Assembly: GCA_043228905.1 (NCBI GenBank)
Contig: JBHGNT010000022.1
Span: 8,928,001-8,992,000 of the forward strand
DNA from: Azolla caroliniana
Lineage: Eukaryota > Plantae > Polypodiophyta
Direction of reading: 5' to 3'
Length of the DNA: 64,000 nucleotides
The notes beneath the pieces are model-generated. The model worked only from the letters and a program-made list of their open reading frames with translations. It made no database searches and had not been told where the DNA came from. How positions within the stretch are numbered: the first letter of the stretch is position 1; the number at the start of each line of letters is the position of its first letter. A program made the translations under genes and the position numbers. Below, one piece after another: positions 47,061-61,430 of this stretch.

Positions 47061-48257
47061 ATATTGGCAAATGAGAGACCAACATCCTTGATAGCGGCCA
47101 ACGCACAAGGGATGTAGACATGCCATATCAAGGGCATTGTCTCACGACACAAGGATCATTCAAGCAACGATGGAGAAGCAAAGATGGAATGAGAGAACAT
47201 TGCATTCCCGTCTCAAATGCCAAAAATAAATATAAGACAATCTATATTGTTAAGCATCATGCCTAAATACTTGCTACTTGGCTCACAAGTGATACCCTAA
47301 CAAGCATGGACAAAGAAATAACTTGATAAATTGGTTCATTCACTAATGTAAATATTATGGAAGAAAGAGTCCACATTAGGCATGACTTGGATTTCATGGA
47401 GTCGTATATGCCGAAAGGCAAATAGGGGGAGTAGCTTATTAAACTTAGAAGATCATATGATCAGTTGAATATTCAATCTCTGAAAACATATATATGTTGA
47501 ACTCAACCTTGGGCAGAGATTTTTAAAGGTTAATATCAACACAATAAGAAGAGAATTGAAGCCTCATGATGCCATATTGTCAATATTGCTCAATCATTTC
47601 AGAGTTGAGAATATGGTATGGCACAACACTATCTGACATTAACTACACAATCCCCTCTAAAAGGTAAACTTAATTTTCAATAATGAAAAGGCACACACAG
47701 GCAATAAAGATCCAGATATGTAGTGGATGGTAAATGTATTTCTAGTTATTAATGCAGTTCAGTTAAATTTTCTTCAGTCATGGTTGCCTTTAGAATTTGA
47801 TATATAAATATTAACCATGCCATTGTTAACCTGTTCCTTCAACCTATATGTGAACATCCATACAACTAGCCGTAGTCACACACATGGCATCAGTTACAGT
47901 CACTTCATGTTATTTTTCCCTGAGTTTTATTTGGTTAAGTTACATACACAATCAATTAAAAAGGCAAAAAAAAACATTGTCTTGTGAGTTTAACCTTTAT
48001 CATACAGTATTCTAGTCCCAAACATCAATGTTAACATTGTTAAGGTTTAGAAAAAATGCACCTTAACGTCAAGCATGGGACTATTGACGAGGACTAATTA
48101 CTGCTTGCAAAGCTTATTGTTGCTTAAAATGAATGAGGAAAAAATACAATACTTCAGACTGCTGATTAGGGTAGCTGAAATTCCAAGGCAAGTCTTCACC
48201 TTAGAATGGAACAGGTTTTCACACTGTAAATACTTCAAGAAAACATGACTGCTCATC

Positions 48258-51200
48258 TCAATGGCATGATGGCAGTGTCATACCACCACAAACAATCGCC
48301 GACACAATATAAATTACAATCAGAAGAATTATAATTAATAGAAGCCTGCAAAAAGGTAGCATATTGTTGATTTTAATATGCATAAAAATCACATCAACAG
48401 GAAGTGCAAAATATTAACTTCACACATGAAAAATTAAAGTGATTCAGAACTTACACTAGTTTGCAATTCCTCCACCACAATGTGCTACGAAATTGACGTG
48501 TTTGTTTACGGAATTTAAATGCCTTGCTCTGAATATCAGCACTTTTGTCCACAAGTAATTCCAAACGCTCACCTCGTTCCAATACTTTGTCTATGTTTCC
48601 AAGCATTACATTTCGTACCTATTTTTAGCACATAAATGAGGAATTATACATTTCAGTATCATCGTGTCTCTTATCCAAATGGGCAGATTGAATATATGCA
48701 ATTATCTCATTAAAAATCTAACATGCATTTGCATTGTCGATTCATACAAACTATATTTGTTTATGAGAAGAATGTTCGTGTAAAAAGGTGCAAATAGAAC
48801 TCTTGGCTATGATGAGTCTTGCGTGCTCAGCATGTGAGAAAGATGCAAGTGTAATTGGACTGACCAGCCGATCATTACATGTTTCCAATCATTACATTTC
48901 GTACCTATTTTTAGCACATAAATGAAGAATTATACAGTTCAGTTTCATCGTGTCTCTTATCTAAATGGGCAGATTGAATATATGCAACTATCTCCGTAAA
49001 AATCTAACATGCATTTGCATTGTCGATTCATACAAACTATATTTGTTTATGAGAAGAATGTTGGTGTAAAAAGGTGCAAATAGAACTCTTGGCTATGATG
49101 AGTCTTGCGTGCTCAGCATGTGAGAAAGATGCAAGTGTAATTGGACTAACCAGCCGATCATTACATGTTTCCAATCATTACATTTCGTACCTATTTTTAG
49201 CACATAAATGAGGAATTATACATTTCAGTTTCATCGTGTCTCTTATCCAAATGGGCAGATTGAATATATGCAACTATCTCATTAAAAATCTAACATGCAT
49301 TTGCATTGTCAATTCATACAAACTATATTTGTTTATGAGAAGAATGTTGGTGTAAAAAGGTGCTAATAGAACTCTTGGCTACGATGAGTATTGCGTGCTC
49401 AGCATGTGAGAAAGATACAAGTGTAATTGGACTAACCAGCCGATACAGATCATGACTGCCAATGCATTCAAGGGAAAGTTGCACAAACAAACTATACACT
49501 GATGAAGTTCAAGATGACTAGCTTTTGGGATTTTCTAAGAGTTTCTCGACGTCATGCTTTAAGTGAATAAGGAGCAATTGGAATGCACCAACCAATTTGG
49601 TGCAGATATTGATCAAACACACGTCCAAGGAAATGAATGCTTGGAGAATTTTGGGAATCAATATGAGCCACAAAACAGGTGGGCAAATGTGTTATCATGT
49701 AGATAAATATCTTAGATGGCTGGGGTCAAGTTGGTGATGTGAGGAGAGAGCTGGTGTGGAGACATATTCCTACACTGCCTCTGAAGTTAGATGGCCTGGT
49801 GATGGCATTTACCTCTCAAAGGTGGGAATTGCCAACTTTCCTTTTGGGATGTTCTCAGCGTTACTCAAAAGGAAGAGCCATGGGATAGGGATTCAGATAG
49901 CTTATAGTTTGTGCATTTTCTACCAAGTAGAAAACCCAAGAGACTTTAGACAGAAAGTGTCACAAACATGGTAGATGCACATTCGTCCAAGGGACAGAAA
50001 TGTCAAAAAGCCGAGAGCATGAAGCTTCTGGTTCAGGATCAGGGAGCCAGCATACAATGAGTCAAAAAAGCTGGTTCTGGAACTTAAAAGAAACAATAAT
50101 GGGGTGTTTGTAACTGTGGCCCATAACCTGAAGTATCCAACAGAGGGAAGCTAATCAATGTCTGTGAAGACTCTGGCATGTTAAATGAAGTTCTTCATAG
50201 ATGTGCTTCTAGCTGCTGAGATCCAGCACAGTCTAGTGCCCATGGCAAAGTTGGCAGCCGTTGGATATGAAGCAATCTTTTGCAACATCACATGAAAGGT
50301 AGTTGAATCCGCATGTGAAATAGCAAGTTGTTTTAGCTAGTTGTATTAGTCGCAGAGGAGAGCAAGAGCATAATAGATACAAAGTGTGGTTAACAATCGG
50401 CAACAGTTCAGTTTGAAACAAACCGAACCGCAGCTTAACGGTTAAAACGGTTGGGTTTGGTTCAGGTTCAGGTTTTTTTTAACGGTTCAGTTCAGTTTCA
50501 ACAATTAGAAACTGCGGTTTAAACTGTTTAATGGTTTGTTATTTTCTTTTTCTTTTAAATTGTTTTTAAACAATCTTTTCATTTTCAGGCCTTATTCTCA
50601 CATTTTAGGAAACTCTTTAAAATTTTAAAATTTTAAAATAATGAAATATTTTTAATTTTAAAATTTTAAACATTTAAAACTTGAATTTTGACCTAAATTG
50701 AAAACCGAAACCGCGGTTTTAACGGTTTAATGGTTTTAAAAAATTTGAACGGTTTTGTGGTTCGGTTTGGTTTGGTGGATATCCTCCAAAATCAGGAGGA
50801 ACCGAGATGGAGAAAACAATACAAGATCTTAGCTGGAAGGTTTACTTCGAAAGAGTTTGAAAATGTCCAAAAATATTTTCTTACAAGGTTTCTACACATT
50901 AAGAAACAAAAGCCATACGCACTCCTCCCATTGGATCATGGCCATGGAAAGGGTTGTTGAATACACTTTAAGGTTCAAAACAGTCCCTTACATCAACTTC
51001 TTAGAATTGCATCAAAAGAAAACAAAAAGATCCAAAAGACACATAAAAGAAAAATTTTGGGTTCCAGTTAGATGCAAGATATGAAAAGATGGTTTGGTAG
51101 ATGGGATGCAACACACTTGCTTCATAATGCATCATTAGATGCATCTATAAATGAGGCCTTTTTGCAACACCAATGTATCATGACATGCAACAAATGTGGA

Positions 51201-54200
51201 GGTTCACGCTTCACACATTATACTACACATGTTGCACCTAACTACGAAACCATATTCTTCATAGAACGGGGAAACCGAACACATCGATAAATGTTAGAGC
51301 CTATCCCATTGTCTACCATTCAAACCATTGCTTCCATGTAACTTAGCTCACATGCACTGCGATGTGATGCAGGGCGTTGGGGCAAAAGTGATGAGAGTGG
51401 TCGACTATTCACACTTTGTCATAAACAATTTCGAGAGTTTAAGTATCACACTTTGATACAATGCTCTACCTTCGATCATATTTGACCATGTGTCATAGAC
51501 AGAATGCCACATGGAATGTAGGGGGTTGAACCCATGACCTCCTGGTCTTATTGGGCATCCTTACCAATTGAGCTACATCCATCTATGCATTATTGTATTG
51601 TATAAGATTCAACTTATTACATTGTAGATTAATCACTAGAACTTTCAAGAAACTTCTAGAGAATGCATCTTCATGCACTCTCTAAGTGTTTTCTGGCTTA
51701 CATGCATATCTCCACATTCTTGTATAAATACTCGGGTGCACCTTTATTACAATCAAGATGAACAACACCAGTTGCAGAAGCATAATTCAATTCTTGTTCT
51801 TTTGTCTATTTTCTCTCTCTCTTTCTTGTTCTCTTGTCTATGCTCTCTCTCTCTCTCTCTCTTTCTTAGTATCGAGCCTCATCTACTCGTTCGTGACAGT
51901 CTTGTTCTCTTGCTTATGCTCTCGCTCTCTCTTAGTATTTAGCCTCATTTACCCGTCCATGACACCATGCTTTCCACACATCTTCAACCAAGCCCAATCC
52001 TTGCACGAATTTCTCTTACAACGACAATGTGCACTCTCAATTGCAACATTCATTGGTAAAGTTCTTGAACATCGAGAGTCGCTACTCACTTTTACATATA
52101 TCACAAGAAATATAATATTTTTGGTCTCATAGTTCATATTTGACCTCTGAAAACGATAATCAAATCTATCTATCTATCCCTCCTCCCAAGTCAATAATAG
52201 AATCTATCTATCTATCTGTTTGTAAGCTCAAACTCTTTTTGTTCCGACATACTTTAGGATGAAGGGCGCTCTTTCTTGATATGGTTATACCCAAATATGC
52301 ATTGTCTACTAGGGAAATCTCAATCTTTGCTCCTTATTTTGTCCATCCTTGTATCTTAGTTTATGATTATAGTAATAAGCTCAACTTGTGGTTTGTTCTG
52401 AAGTGATTTAGGATGAAGGTGCTCTTTCTTGATATGGTTTTACGCAAATATGTCATTGTCTACTCGGAAAACCTCAATCTCTTCCATGTGGAGACAGTAT
52501 TCATATTCTACTTCATTAATTGTGAGCACAAATCCAAAAAAAATTGTGTATTGAATAAAAAATAACAACAATACCTGACTAAGCTCGCCTTTCATGCGGT
52601 TAATCTGGTCAGCATTTGGATTATTTGAGTAGTAGTCCATTTGCTGATTAAGGACTCTTGAAAACTCATCATTCATTGCATAAGCAAGAGCTGTTTGTGT
52701 TGACCTTCCATAGGCTTTCAAGAATTTGGAATGAATGTCTTCCAAGAACAAAAAGGGTACACGCCCTGTAGATTGCAAGAAAAGGGGTGCTTAAAATAGT
52801 ATGGGAATATCATAGACCACAGCAAAAGAAAATAACAAGACGAGGCAAGGAACTCCATTGTAACTATTGATTTATATATTGGGATTTGTGGCCTTGGAGG
52901 CGTCTTATCCAAGAAACTGAGATTTGCTAATGGAAAGCACAACTGAGAGAGAGAATGGCCATCCATTGTGACAATTGATTTATCCAAGAAACTGAGATTT
53001 GTGGCCTTGGAGGAGCCTTATCCAAGAAACAGCACAGAAAACCAGATCAAAAACATTAATTAGTGTCATACTCCCAATGACTTGGTTTTACATGTCATAT
53101 TGATAGAGCAGCATAGAAAATGGAGATCAAAGCCTTAAGGTCAATGGCTTGATTTTGCATGACATAATGGTATACAGCATGGCAAATTGAGATTGAATAC
53201 TAAAGATAATCAGGGCATAAAGGTTGATCATTTGGTTTTGCGTAATGTATTAATGGACGGCATAGAAAATGAAATCAAATCCTGAAGTTCAATCAAAGCC
53301 TAAAGACAATGGCTTGGTTTTACATGGTATACAATCAAATACTGAAGTTCAATCAAAGCCTGGGGACCATGGCTTGATTTTATAGAAAAGCCTGAAGTTC
53401 AATCGAAGCCTGAGGACAGCATAGAAAATGAAATCAAACCCTGAAGTTTAATCAAAGCCTAAAGACAATGGCTTGGTTTTACATGGTATACAATCAAATC
53501 CTGAAGTTCAATCAAAGCCCGAGGACCATGGCTTGATTTTATAGAAAAGCCTGAAGTTCAATCGAAGCCTGAGGACCATGTATTAATGGACAGCATAGAA
53601 AATGAAATCAAACCCTGAAGTTTAATCAAAGCCTAAAAACAATGGCTTGGTTTTACATGGTATACAATCAAATCCTGAAGTTCAATCAAAGCCCGAGGAT
53701 CATGGCTTGATTTTATATTGCGTATTGATAGACAGCACAGGAAATAGAGAACACAAAGAAAATAGAGATCCAAATCTGAAGAAAGAGATGTTTGAAATGA
53801 CCGGTTTTTCTGTGGCATATTGATTGAAAGATAGCAGAGTAAACAATCATTTTAAGGAAGATAGAGATTATCAAGACTCACTGAATATCACGAAATTCAA
53901 ATGGCTTGCTTTTATGTGGTACATTGAAAGGATACAGAAAACAAATTTGTAATCTGAAAGTATTGGAGTAAGAGTACAGAGAATTTGTGAAGGTCAAAGA
54001 GGTTTAAAAATGCCTTCTTTTAGATAGTACCGTGAAAAGACAGCAAAGAGGAACTGGAAATCAAGGAAGAGGTGAAAGAGAGCATTTCAAGAGAACTTAC
54101 GTCCGCAGGTGTCATCTGCCATACAGAGGAAAGTGAGGCCATCTGCCTTGGTGACATGGAAGATGTATCGATCCTGTGAATAGGAGAGGTTAGTGTCCAC

Positions 54201-54317
54201 GGCACTTGGCAATCTCTCAAGGATTTGACGTGCAACAGTGTTGGCATTAGAAGAATTAGAGCTATACTCCGCCAGAACAACTGGACCTCGAGCCACCATG
54301 GCATAGCGGATTGCCAT
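48258..54317 (-). CDS. VAMP7: Vesicle-associated membrane protein, VAMP7/VAMP71-type longin R-SNARE, 219 aa. Exons 54317-54101, 52765-52575, 48618-48455 and 48345-48258.
   Basis: Longin domain (MAIRYAMVARGPVVLAEY...RRVPFLFLEDIH), SNARE motif (NIDKVLERGERLELLVDK), WWRN and a C-terminal TM helix. All introns are GT-AG with consistent phase (217+191+164+88 = 660 nt). Confidence 0.93.
48593..49444. repeat. 286-bp tandem triplication spanning the VAMP7 intron 2 acceptor
   Basis: GTACCTATTTTTAGCAC at 48615, 48901 and 49187. Confidence 0.9.
50390..50785. mobile_element. AT-rich MITE-like element with AACCG/CGGTT subterminal motifs
   Basis: Degenerate inverted ends. The left end resembles the reverse complement of 61150-61177. 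Confidence 0.5.
50830..52180 (+). mobile_element. 3-prime part of a non-LTR retrotransposon inside VAMP7 intron 2, interrupted by a solo LTR
   Basis: KEFENVQKYFLT motif, homology to 10480-11215, and an (ATCT)n tail. Confidence 0.65.
51491..51964 (+). mobile_element. Solo LTR containing an antisense tRNA-like module
   Basis: Termini TGTCATAGAC...GTCCATGACA with a perfect 5-bp TSD CCATG. TATAAATA at about 51723, then a CT-rich region. 51512-51580 is the reverse complement of the tRNA-like head at 7406-7474. Confidence 0.75.
53260..53720. repeat. Complex tandem repeat (about 160-175 bp, 3 copies) in VAMP7 intron 1
   Basis: Recurrent CTGAAGTTCAATCAAAGCC...ATGGCTTG. Confidence 0.8.
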
Positions 54318-54539
54318 CTCCTCTCCTCTCTTCTCTCCTTTCTTCTTTTCTCTTTCTTAAATCTTCTTTTACCCTCTGTAATTAGGATCCTTTTTCTGCT
54401 AATCCTCCTCTTACTACTCCTTATTCTATGAAAGAAAACGTCTGAGAACCAGAAACTGCACTTCTTAAGGAAGGACCCTGTGGGAATTGAATATTATCTT
54501 CTCTCCAAAACCGAAGAAATAAGTAATTAAAACTATTAG

Positions 54540-54576
54540 TCTTCTTCTTCTTCTTCTTCTTCTTCTTCTTCTTCTT

Positions 54577-54605
<29 letters not shown>
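54540..54605. repeat. (CTT)n microsatellite upstream of the VAMP7 start codon
   Basis: Seen directly. Confidence 0.95.
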
Positions 54606-54607
<2 letters not shown>

Positions 54608-55069
54608 TTTTTCTTATTCTTTGAAATGCAGAAGAAATCTGAAAAGAAACTAAAAGTCTTCTTCTTCTTCACCTCCCCCTCGTCTGAGGAGATATGATCG
54701 GAGTTACAGAAACTATTCTTTTTCTTTCATTTTCTTTCTTCTTTCTTCCTACTCCTTCTTCTCCTCCGATTTTCTAGGAAGAAATCTGAGAGAGAGAAAA
54801 AGAAACGAACTTCTTCTTCTTCTTCTCGCTGTATCTCTTGTCTTCGTGCTTCTTTGCTTCCGCTTCTTCTTTGAAGAGAAGGAAGGAATCTGAGAAAGCC
54901 TTTTAAAAGAAGAGGAAATTACCACATGGAGATGAAGAAACTGAGGTGGAGGGGGGCCATGGATGGATGCGCACGTCTGCTGGAGATGGCGATCAGATCC
55001 GATCAAAATACCTGAGAAACAAGATGAAGAAAAACGAAGGAACCATCCGTCCGAGAGTCGGCCTTGTCT

Positions 55070-55445
<376 letters not shown>

Positions 55446-57093
55446 AATCGGCACATAATGACTACTAAATTCATTTTGAAATCATAATGCTTTTGGAATC
55501 ACATGACACTTTAAACTACGTTTAAATGCTCGATTACTATGTTTAGCTCAAATCAAATTAGCAAGAGTTATGGATTTAAACGTCAGTTAAGAGTAAATAT
55601 CATCGGATTGACCTTTACTAAATTCAAGCCACCCACACAATCTTATTGTTGAAGAAAATGCTTCACATTAAACGTAATGATTAGTAATTACATTGGAAGG
55701 TTCAATGTTTTAGCTCTTACATTTCCAGTTCTATGAGAGGTGCTACTAAATACTTCTAAAACTATAAGAGATGTATGTATCATGATTCATAAGTCCCCTC
55801 ATCTTTGTTTAAACGTGGCCAAATTTCACTCAATGAGCTTATGAGCTTGCATATACTAATAAGGAAACCAAGAATAGTTTGAAAAGTAATTGAAAAAACT
55901 TTGAAATACTTCATTAATGTGTTGTGCTGTCTACAATGTGAATGGTATTGTGAGGGGTTTGATTGTGCCAAGTGTTGCATATGTGTGTAGGTTCGAGAAT
56001 GCTTTGAAATATTTTGGGAACAAGGACATATATCAAGAACTTCAATGAAATACATATTTGAGAAGCATCCGTTAGCTCAAATGGGAAATGGGAATGGTAT
56101 ATGCGTTGTTAGTAGAGTGATGTGAGTTCAATATACACATGGGATAACCATCTCTATATGTATCACCAAAAGACAAGGGTCAAACTCAAAAACAATTCAT
56201 CTCTTCACTAAATTGATCCATTATCAGATCATAGAGGATGAATTATCATGAAAAAGGATAACGTAAGAATCAACAAATGGGATGAATTATCTTGATAAGA
56301 AGAGAGATAAGTTATAATGAAAAGAAATAATCCATGTAAACCTCTTTATAAGAGTCAATCAACAAAAGGGACCCTATATTGATCATGAATGAGCTATGCA
56401 TTCCATGGTGGAGTACATTTGGCTTCAGTTTAAAAATCAATCATGATCCATATTGATTATGAATCATCAAATATATATATATATATGCTTTCAATGGTAA
56501 AGGAATCACAATTCACATTTTGTACATGTCATGCAACACTTGTCTTTATAAAAACAATCAAGAATAGGACCCCATATTGATGACAACCACCTAAGCATTC
56601 CATAGTAACAGGAGTAACACTTGGCTTCACTTTATAAGGTCAATCAACAAATGGGATTCATTCTGATCATGAGTCGCCTACGCATTCCATGGTAAAGAAG
56701 AAAAAATTTTGACTCTCTGTTTATATCGGGTAGGATACTTTTCTAAGGTCAATCATTGAACGTGTCACCCATTCTACAGGATGGCTTTACACCTCACTTT
56801 AAACAACAATCTACAATTCCAAGAGAATTTCGCACTAATCTACCATTCTTTTATACCCTAAAATTGTCTATGACGAGATATTCACACTAATCTCATTGCA
56901 GTATTCAGAACAATTTCCATGGAGTAAGAGTCTTGCACAATCTTTCCTACTCTACCAAAACCATAAAACAAAGAAAGATAGAAGAGCTGATGCATTCTGC
57001 AGGAATTTGGTGGTGTAAAAATACACCGTTAATTGAATGGAAAAGCTAGGACATTGTCCCTTGATGCCTTTCTTTCACAGCCTTACTTTTATT

Positions 57094-57717
<624 letters not shown>

Positions 57718-57758
57718 TCATCCGACGGCCCTCCTTTCTCGATCCGCCTGCTCTCATC

Positions 57759-57788
57759 TCATTGGTTCGCACTTCGCCTTCGCGGATC
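57759..57788 (-). promoter_or_regulatory. Plant histone promoter type III element (octamer plus CCAAT)
   Basis: Minus strand reads GATCCGCG-N14-ACCAAT. TATA-like TATTTAA at about 57627-57633. Confidence 0.8.
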
Positions 57789-60700
57789 GTGAAGCTTTTT
57801 TTTTTATCCCCTTTCCAAAATCGTGCGTGTAATATATATATACAATGTGTAATAATATTGGCAAAAAGCCTCTTTCTCTCTTGCCCATTTTTTTCCTTCG
57901 TATAATTTAATTACTAGGATTCACTTCTTCACAAATCTCCTCGATGATGTCTCTTAAGTCCCGAAAACACACCCGAGGTTCGAATCTCAGCTCGTCTCTC
58001 TTTCAGTGTGCTTCTTTCAAGATCCAATCTTGAGAAATTTTGATGGTCTATCTGAGTCCCGAACACATGCATGAGGTTCGAATTTCAAATCGTCTCTCTC
58101 TATGTGTCGAATCCTTCTTACATATGTTCCTAGGCAACCATGGACGTCAGAAACTTCCGATCATTGTTTCAGTGAATACGGGGATACGTATAGCCATCTT
58201 TTTTCCTTTGTTACATAATAGAGGATTTTCCTATTGTCGAGTAGGATTTTATTTTAGAGGGTTTATATTTGTCTCGTAGCAAACTCTCGAGGCATTTGAA
58301 AGTTAAAGTACTTGAATTTTAATGTTCATAATCTTCGAATATATTGGTCCAAGTGTACATAAAAGAACCTAAGGTGTACAAGTAACAGATTCAATGAAAG
58401 GAAATAAGAATCAAGAATTGTGTTTAGGTTTTGATTATTGCATGAAATGGTCAAGGTCATGCTCTTCCAGGCAAATTGGTATTAGAATGGATATGGCTTG
58501 AACGAATTCACACTGACTTAGTCTTTTAGTGGGGCCAATAAATATTATAGGTAGAAATAACTCAAAACTAGTTTTAAAACTACACATAACGTTCCCAAAA
58601 AGTCACGATACGAACATTCAAAGCTTATGGCATGAACGAACTTGCTTTTGTTCACCGATGATTTTTTATTTTATTTTAAAGTCAAGATTCACCATGGTAT
58701 TAATGAAAAGATGAATTATTTTGTTCATCGATGATTTAGTGATTAATATGGAGGAAAAACCTAAAGAGTAAACAAGACATATCAGAATCATCAAAGTGAA
58801 GAAACATGAACAAATTGGAATGAATCTCAAAAGAAAATTAAAATGGAGTGATCCACAACAAGTATAGCAATGCCTGATGATGAATAATTTGAAAATGCAC
58901 TGATGATTGGCAACCACTATAGATCACACAAAACTGAAAACCATGAAAACTGCATAGCAAATTCTCATCTTTAGCGTGAATAAACACGAAAAAGTGCAAT
59001 AAATTTCAAAGAGATCCACATCCACGGTAGATCGGACAAAAAATTTTGATGCAAGCTAATGATGAATAAATTGAATGTGGATGGACGCATGGCAATTAGT
59101 AGATGCTATGAATTCAAAAGAATTTTGAAAAGGAGTGTTCCATAAACACTAAAGTCAGATGAAACTCGATGCGATGGATTTGGAAAGAATTTTGGATTGA
59201 TAGATCAATAATGAACTCGTCATGATAAGGAGTTGCTATCAACCCTAGAATTACACTGTTTGTTGAATCGTCATGATAAGGCTCAAGCTTGAACTGATTT
59301 CTTAAACCGTTTTAAAATTGTTTGTCGGTTTGCCTACCCGTAATGGAAAGAACATCATTTGATAATCTTGTTCGGGTAGATTCGAAGTGGGGTAACCCAA
59401 CGAGAGACGGATTCCCTGCAGGTTCTAATGAGATTGACAAGCCTATGACTTTTTTATCAACAATCAACAATCTAGACTCAACGATTAAACCATTTTCCCC
59501 CTCGAGAATCCTTCTTTTGAGGAAGGATATCTATGTTACCTTAGTTTTAATACCAAGTAATTTCGATGAGCGATTAAGCTTCGAAAGACCTATAGGATTC
59601 AACTCTCTCGATGTAATAATCAATCATATCTATCACAAAAATTTGGCGAGTAACTTCGGTAACAATCATTTTTTAAAGAAATAAAACATTGAAAAATCGA
59701 TGAGGATACTCCTCGTTATTCTGAGTGATTTTGTTGATACTAGTACCAACACTACCTAGTAGTTCACTTCTCGTTTTTGATACACTACAAATCGATTTAT
59801 CTAAGTCATACTTTAGTTTTAAAGATACTCTCTCGAAAGAGGAGAAAGAGGAATCTCCGATTGGATCGAGCCTCCATGCACATTTGATTGGACATCCCTA
59901 TACTCATCGATTTGAAATGCAAAAAATCCACGCTCTATGTTATCTTTCCATTCCAATAATCTTTCTTCAATTGCAATTCTTGTTACACCAGTGGATTCAA
60001 TGCTCCCCGCCCAGCCACCCAACCGATATTTCATCTGGAGGAGATATTTGCTAGCTAATCCATAGAAATAGTCATATAAAATAAGTGTGTAGTTTTCTCT
60101 CATTTTCCATGGAAATCTTTACATGATTTCTCTCTATTCTTAATACCAATAATTCTTGTCCGAATAGAAATAAGGTTGAGTCGCTATTCCTCATCGATCA
60201 AAAGAAATCAATCGAGTCGATATATTAAAGCATTCCTCATTTGTAGGATGGGAGGGTCTCTCCCGGTCGTTGGTTGAAAGAGGGATTGCAAATAAAAATA
60301 TTATATCTGTTTGAGTTGAAGGCTTGGCACACTTGTGACAAGAAGAAGCAATCAATTATTGGTAGAGAGAAGAGTTTGAAACCCATCCGAGATCAATCAT
60401 CAAGTAATGTTTATCACTTTTTGCAAGGAAGACCCCAATTTAGCTATTTAATGGCTTGGGGATTCCCAGCAGAGGCCCCTTTCGGGAAAATAAAAAAACA
60501 ATCTTCTTTTTGGAAGCCCATTAGGAAGGATATTTTTCGGATTTGGCAGAATAATTTTACGGGGCAAACTCGGTAGTTGTTTAGTTTATATACGAAACTT
60601 TCTCTTTTGTTTATTCCAAAATCTGGTGAATTTGGTGACTCAGTGCGTCAAATTGGAGTAGTTCCTAGAAATAACTCTAGTTATAAAAAAACCAAAAAGA

Positions 60701-60959
60701 TTGATAGAGATACGTTTACGATTGAGCATAAAAAATTGATAGAACTCAAGTGGAGTGTTGGTGGATCAGATAGGACATATTTTCGCACTAACAAGAAAAT
60801 TCAACCAGTTATTGATATTAATGAGTCACGAATATGTGATAGACCCAAGAACAGGGACAAAATTCTTGTTATTCCTTTGGGAATACGAAGAAAAGATATT
60901 GCAAGTTTTAGAGGAATTGGTCTGCAATTAAGCCTATTGGTTACTTCATGCTTGAGCTT

Positions 60960-61177
60960 CCTAAATCGGTTTGATTTCCTCAAGCCAAATCGAACCTCTT
61001 TGGACAAAACCAGTTCCCAAACCGGGTAAGGCTTAATCGGGTTGACTAATGTGGCTCGTAGACCGGTTTAAGCTTAATGAGTTTGACAAAACCAGTTAAG
61101 GATTAACTGGTGTAGGAACCGATTCGGTTCAAGTTGGAAACCGGTTAAGCCGAAACCGAACCGTTGCCGATTCCTAA
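60960..61177. mobile_element. Terminus of a DNA transposon or MITE rich in AACCG motifs
   Basis: Ends GAAACCGAACCGTTGCCGATTCCTA; related to 50390-50430. Confidence 0.5.
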
Positions 61178-61269
61178 GTTACTTCATTGCTGGCATGGAA
61201 AGAACTTTAGAAGAACATTTCACACTCTCAAAGTTAAGTGACTCCACAAAATTGAACAAGAAAATCAAA

Positions 61270-61430
61270 AGGAAACAAAATCTAGGGTTTCCGCAGAATA
61301 ATCAGGGAGACTGAAGCTTTTTCTTCATATAAATCTTCATGGGAGCTCCTCGTTGGTCTCTGTCTCTTGATAGATCCGAGAAGTAATGAATCTGTCGCTC
61401 CGTCTGCGTCGCGCCGCCCTACCAGGTAAA
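61270..61430 (+). other. Possible promoter and first exon of an unidentified host gene
   Basis: Telo-box TAGGGTTT motifs and ATG AAT CTG...CCA G followed by a GTAAAT donor-like site. Downstream exons could not be assembled. Confidence 0.3.
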
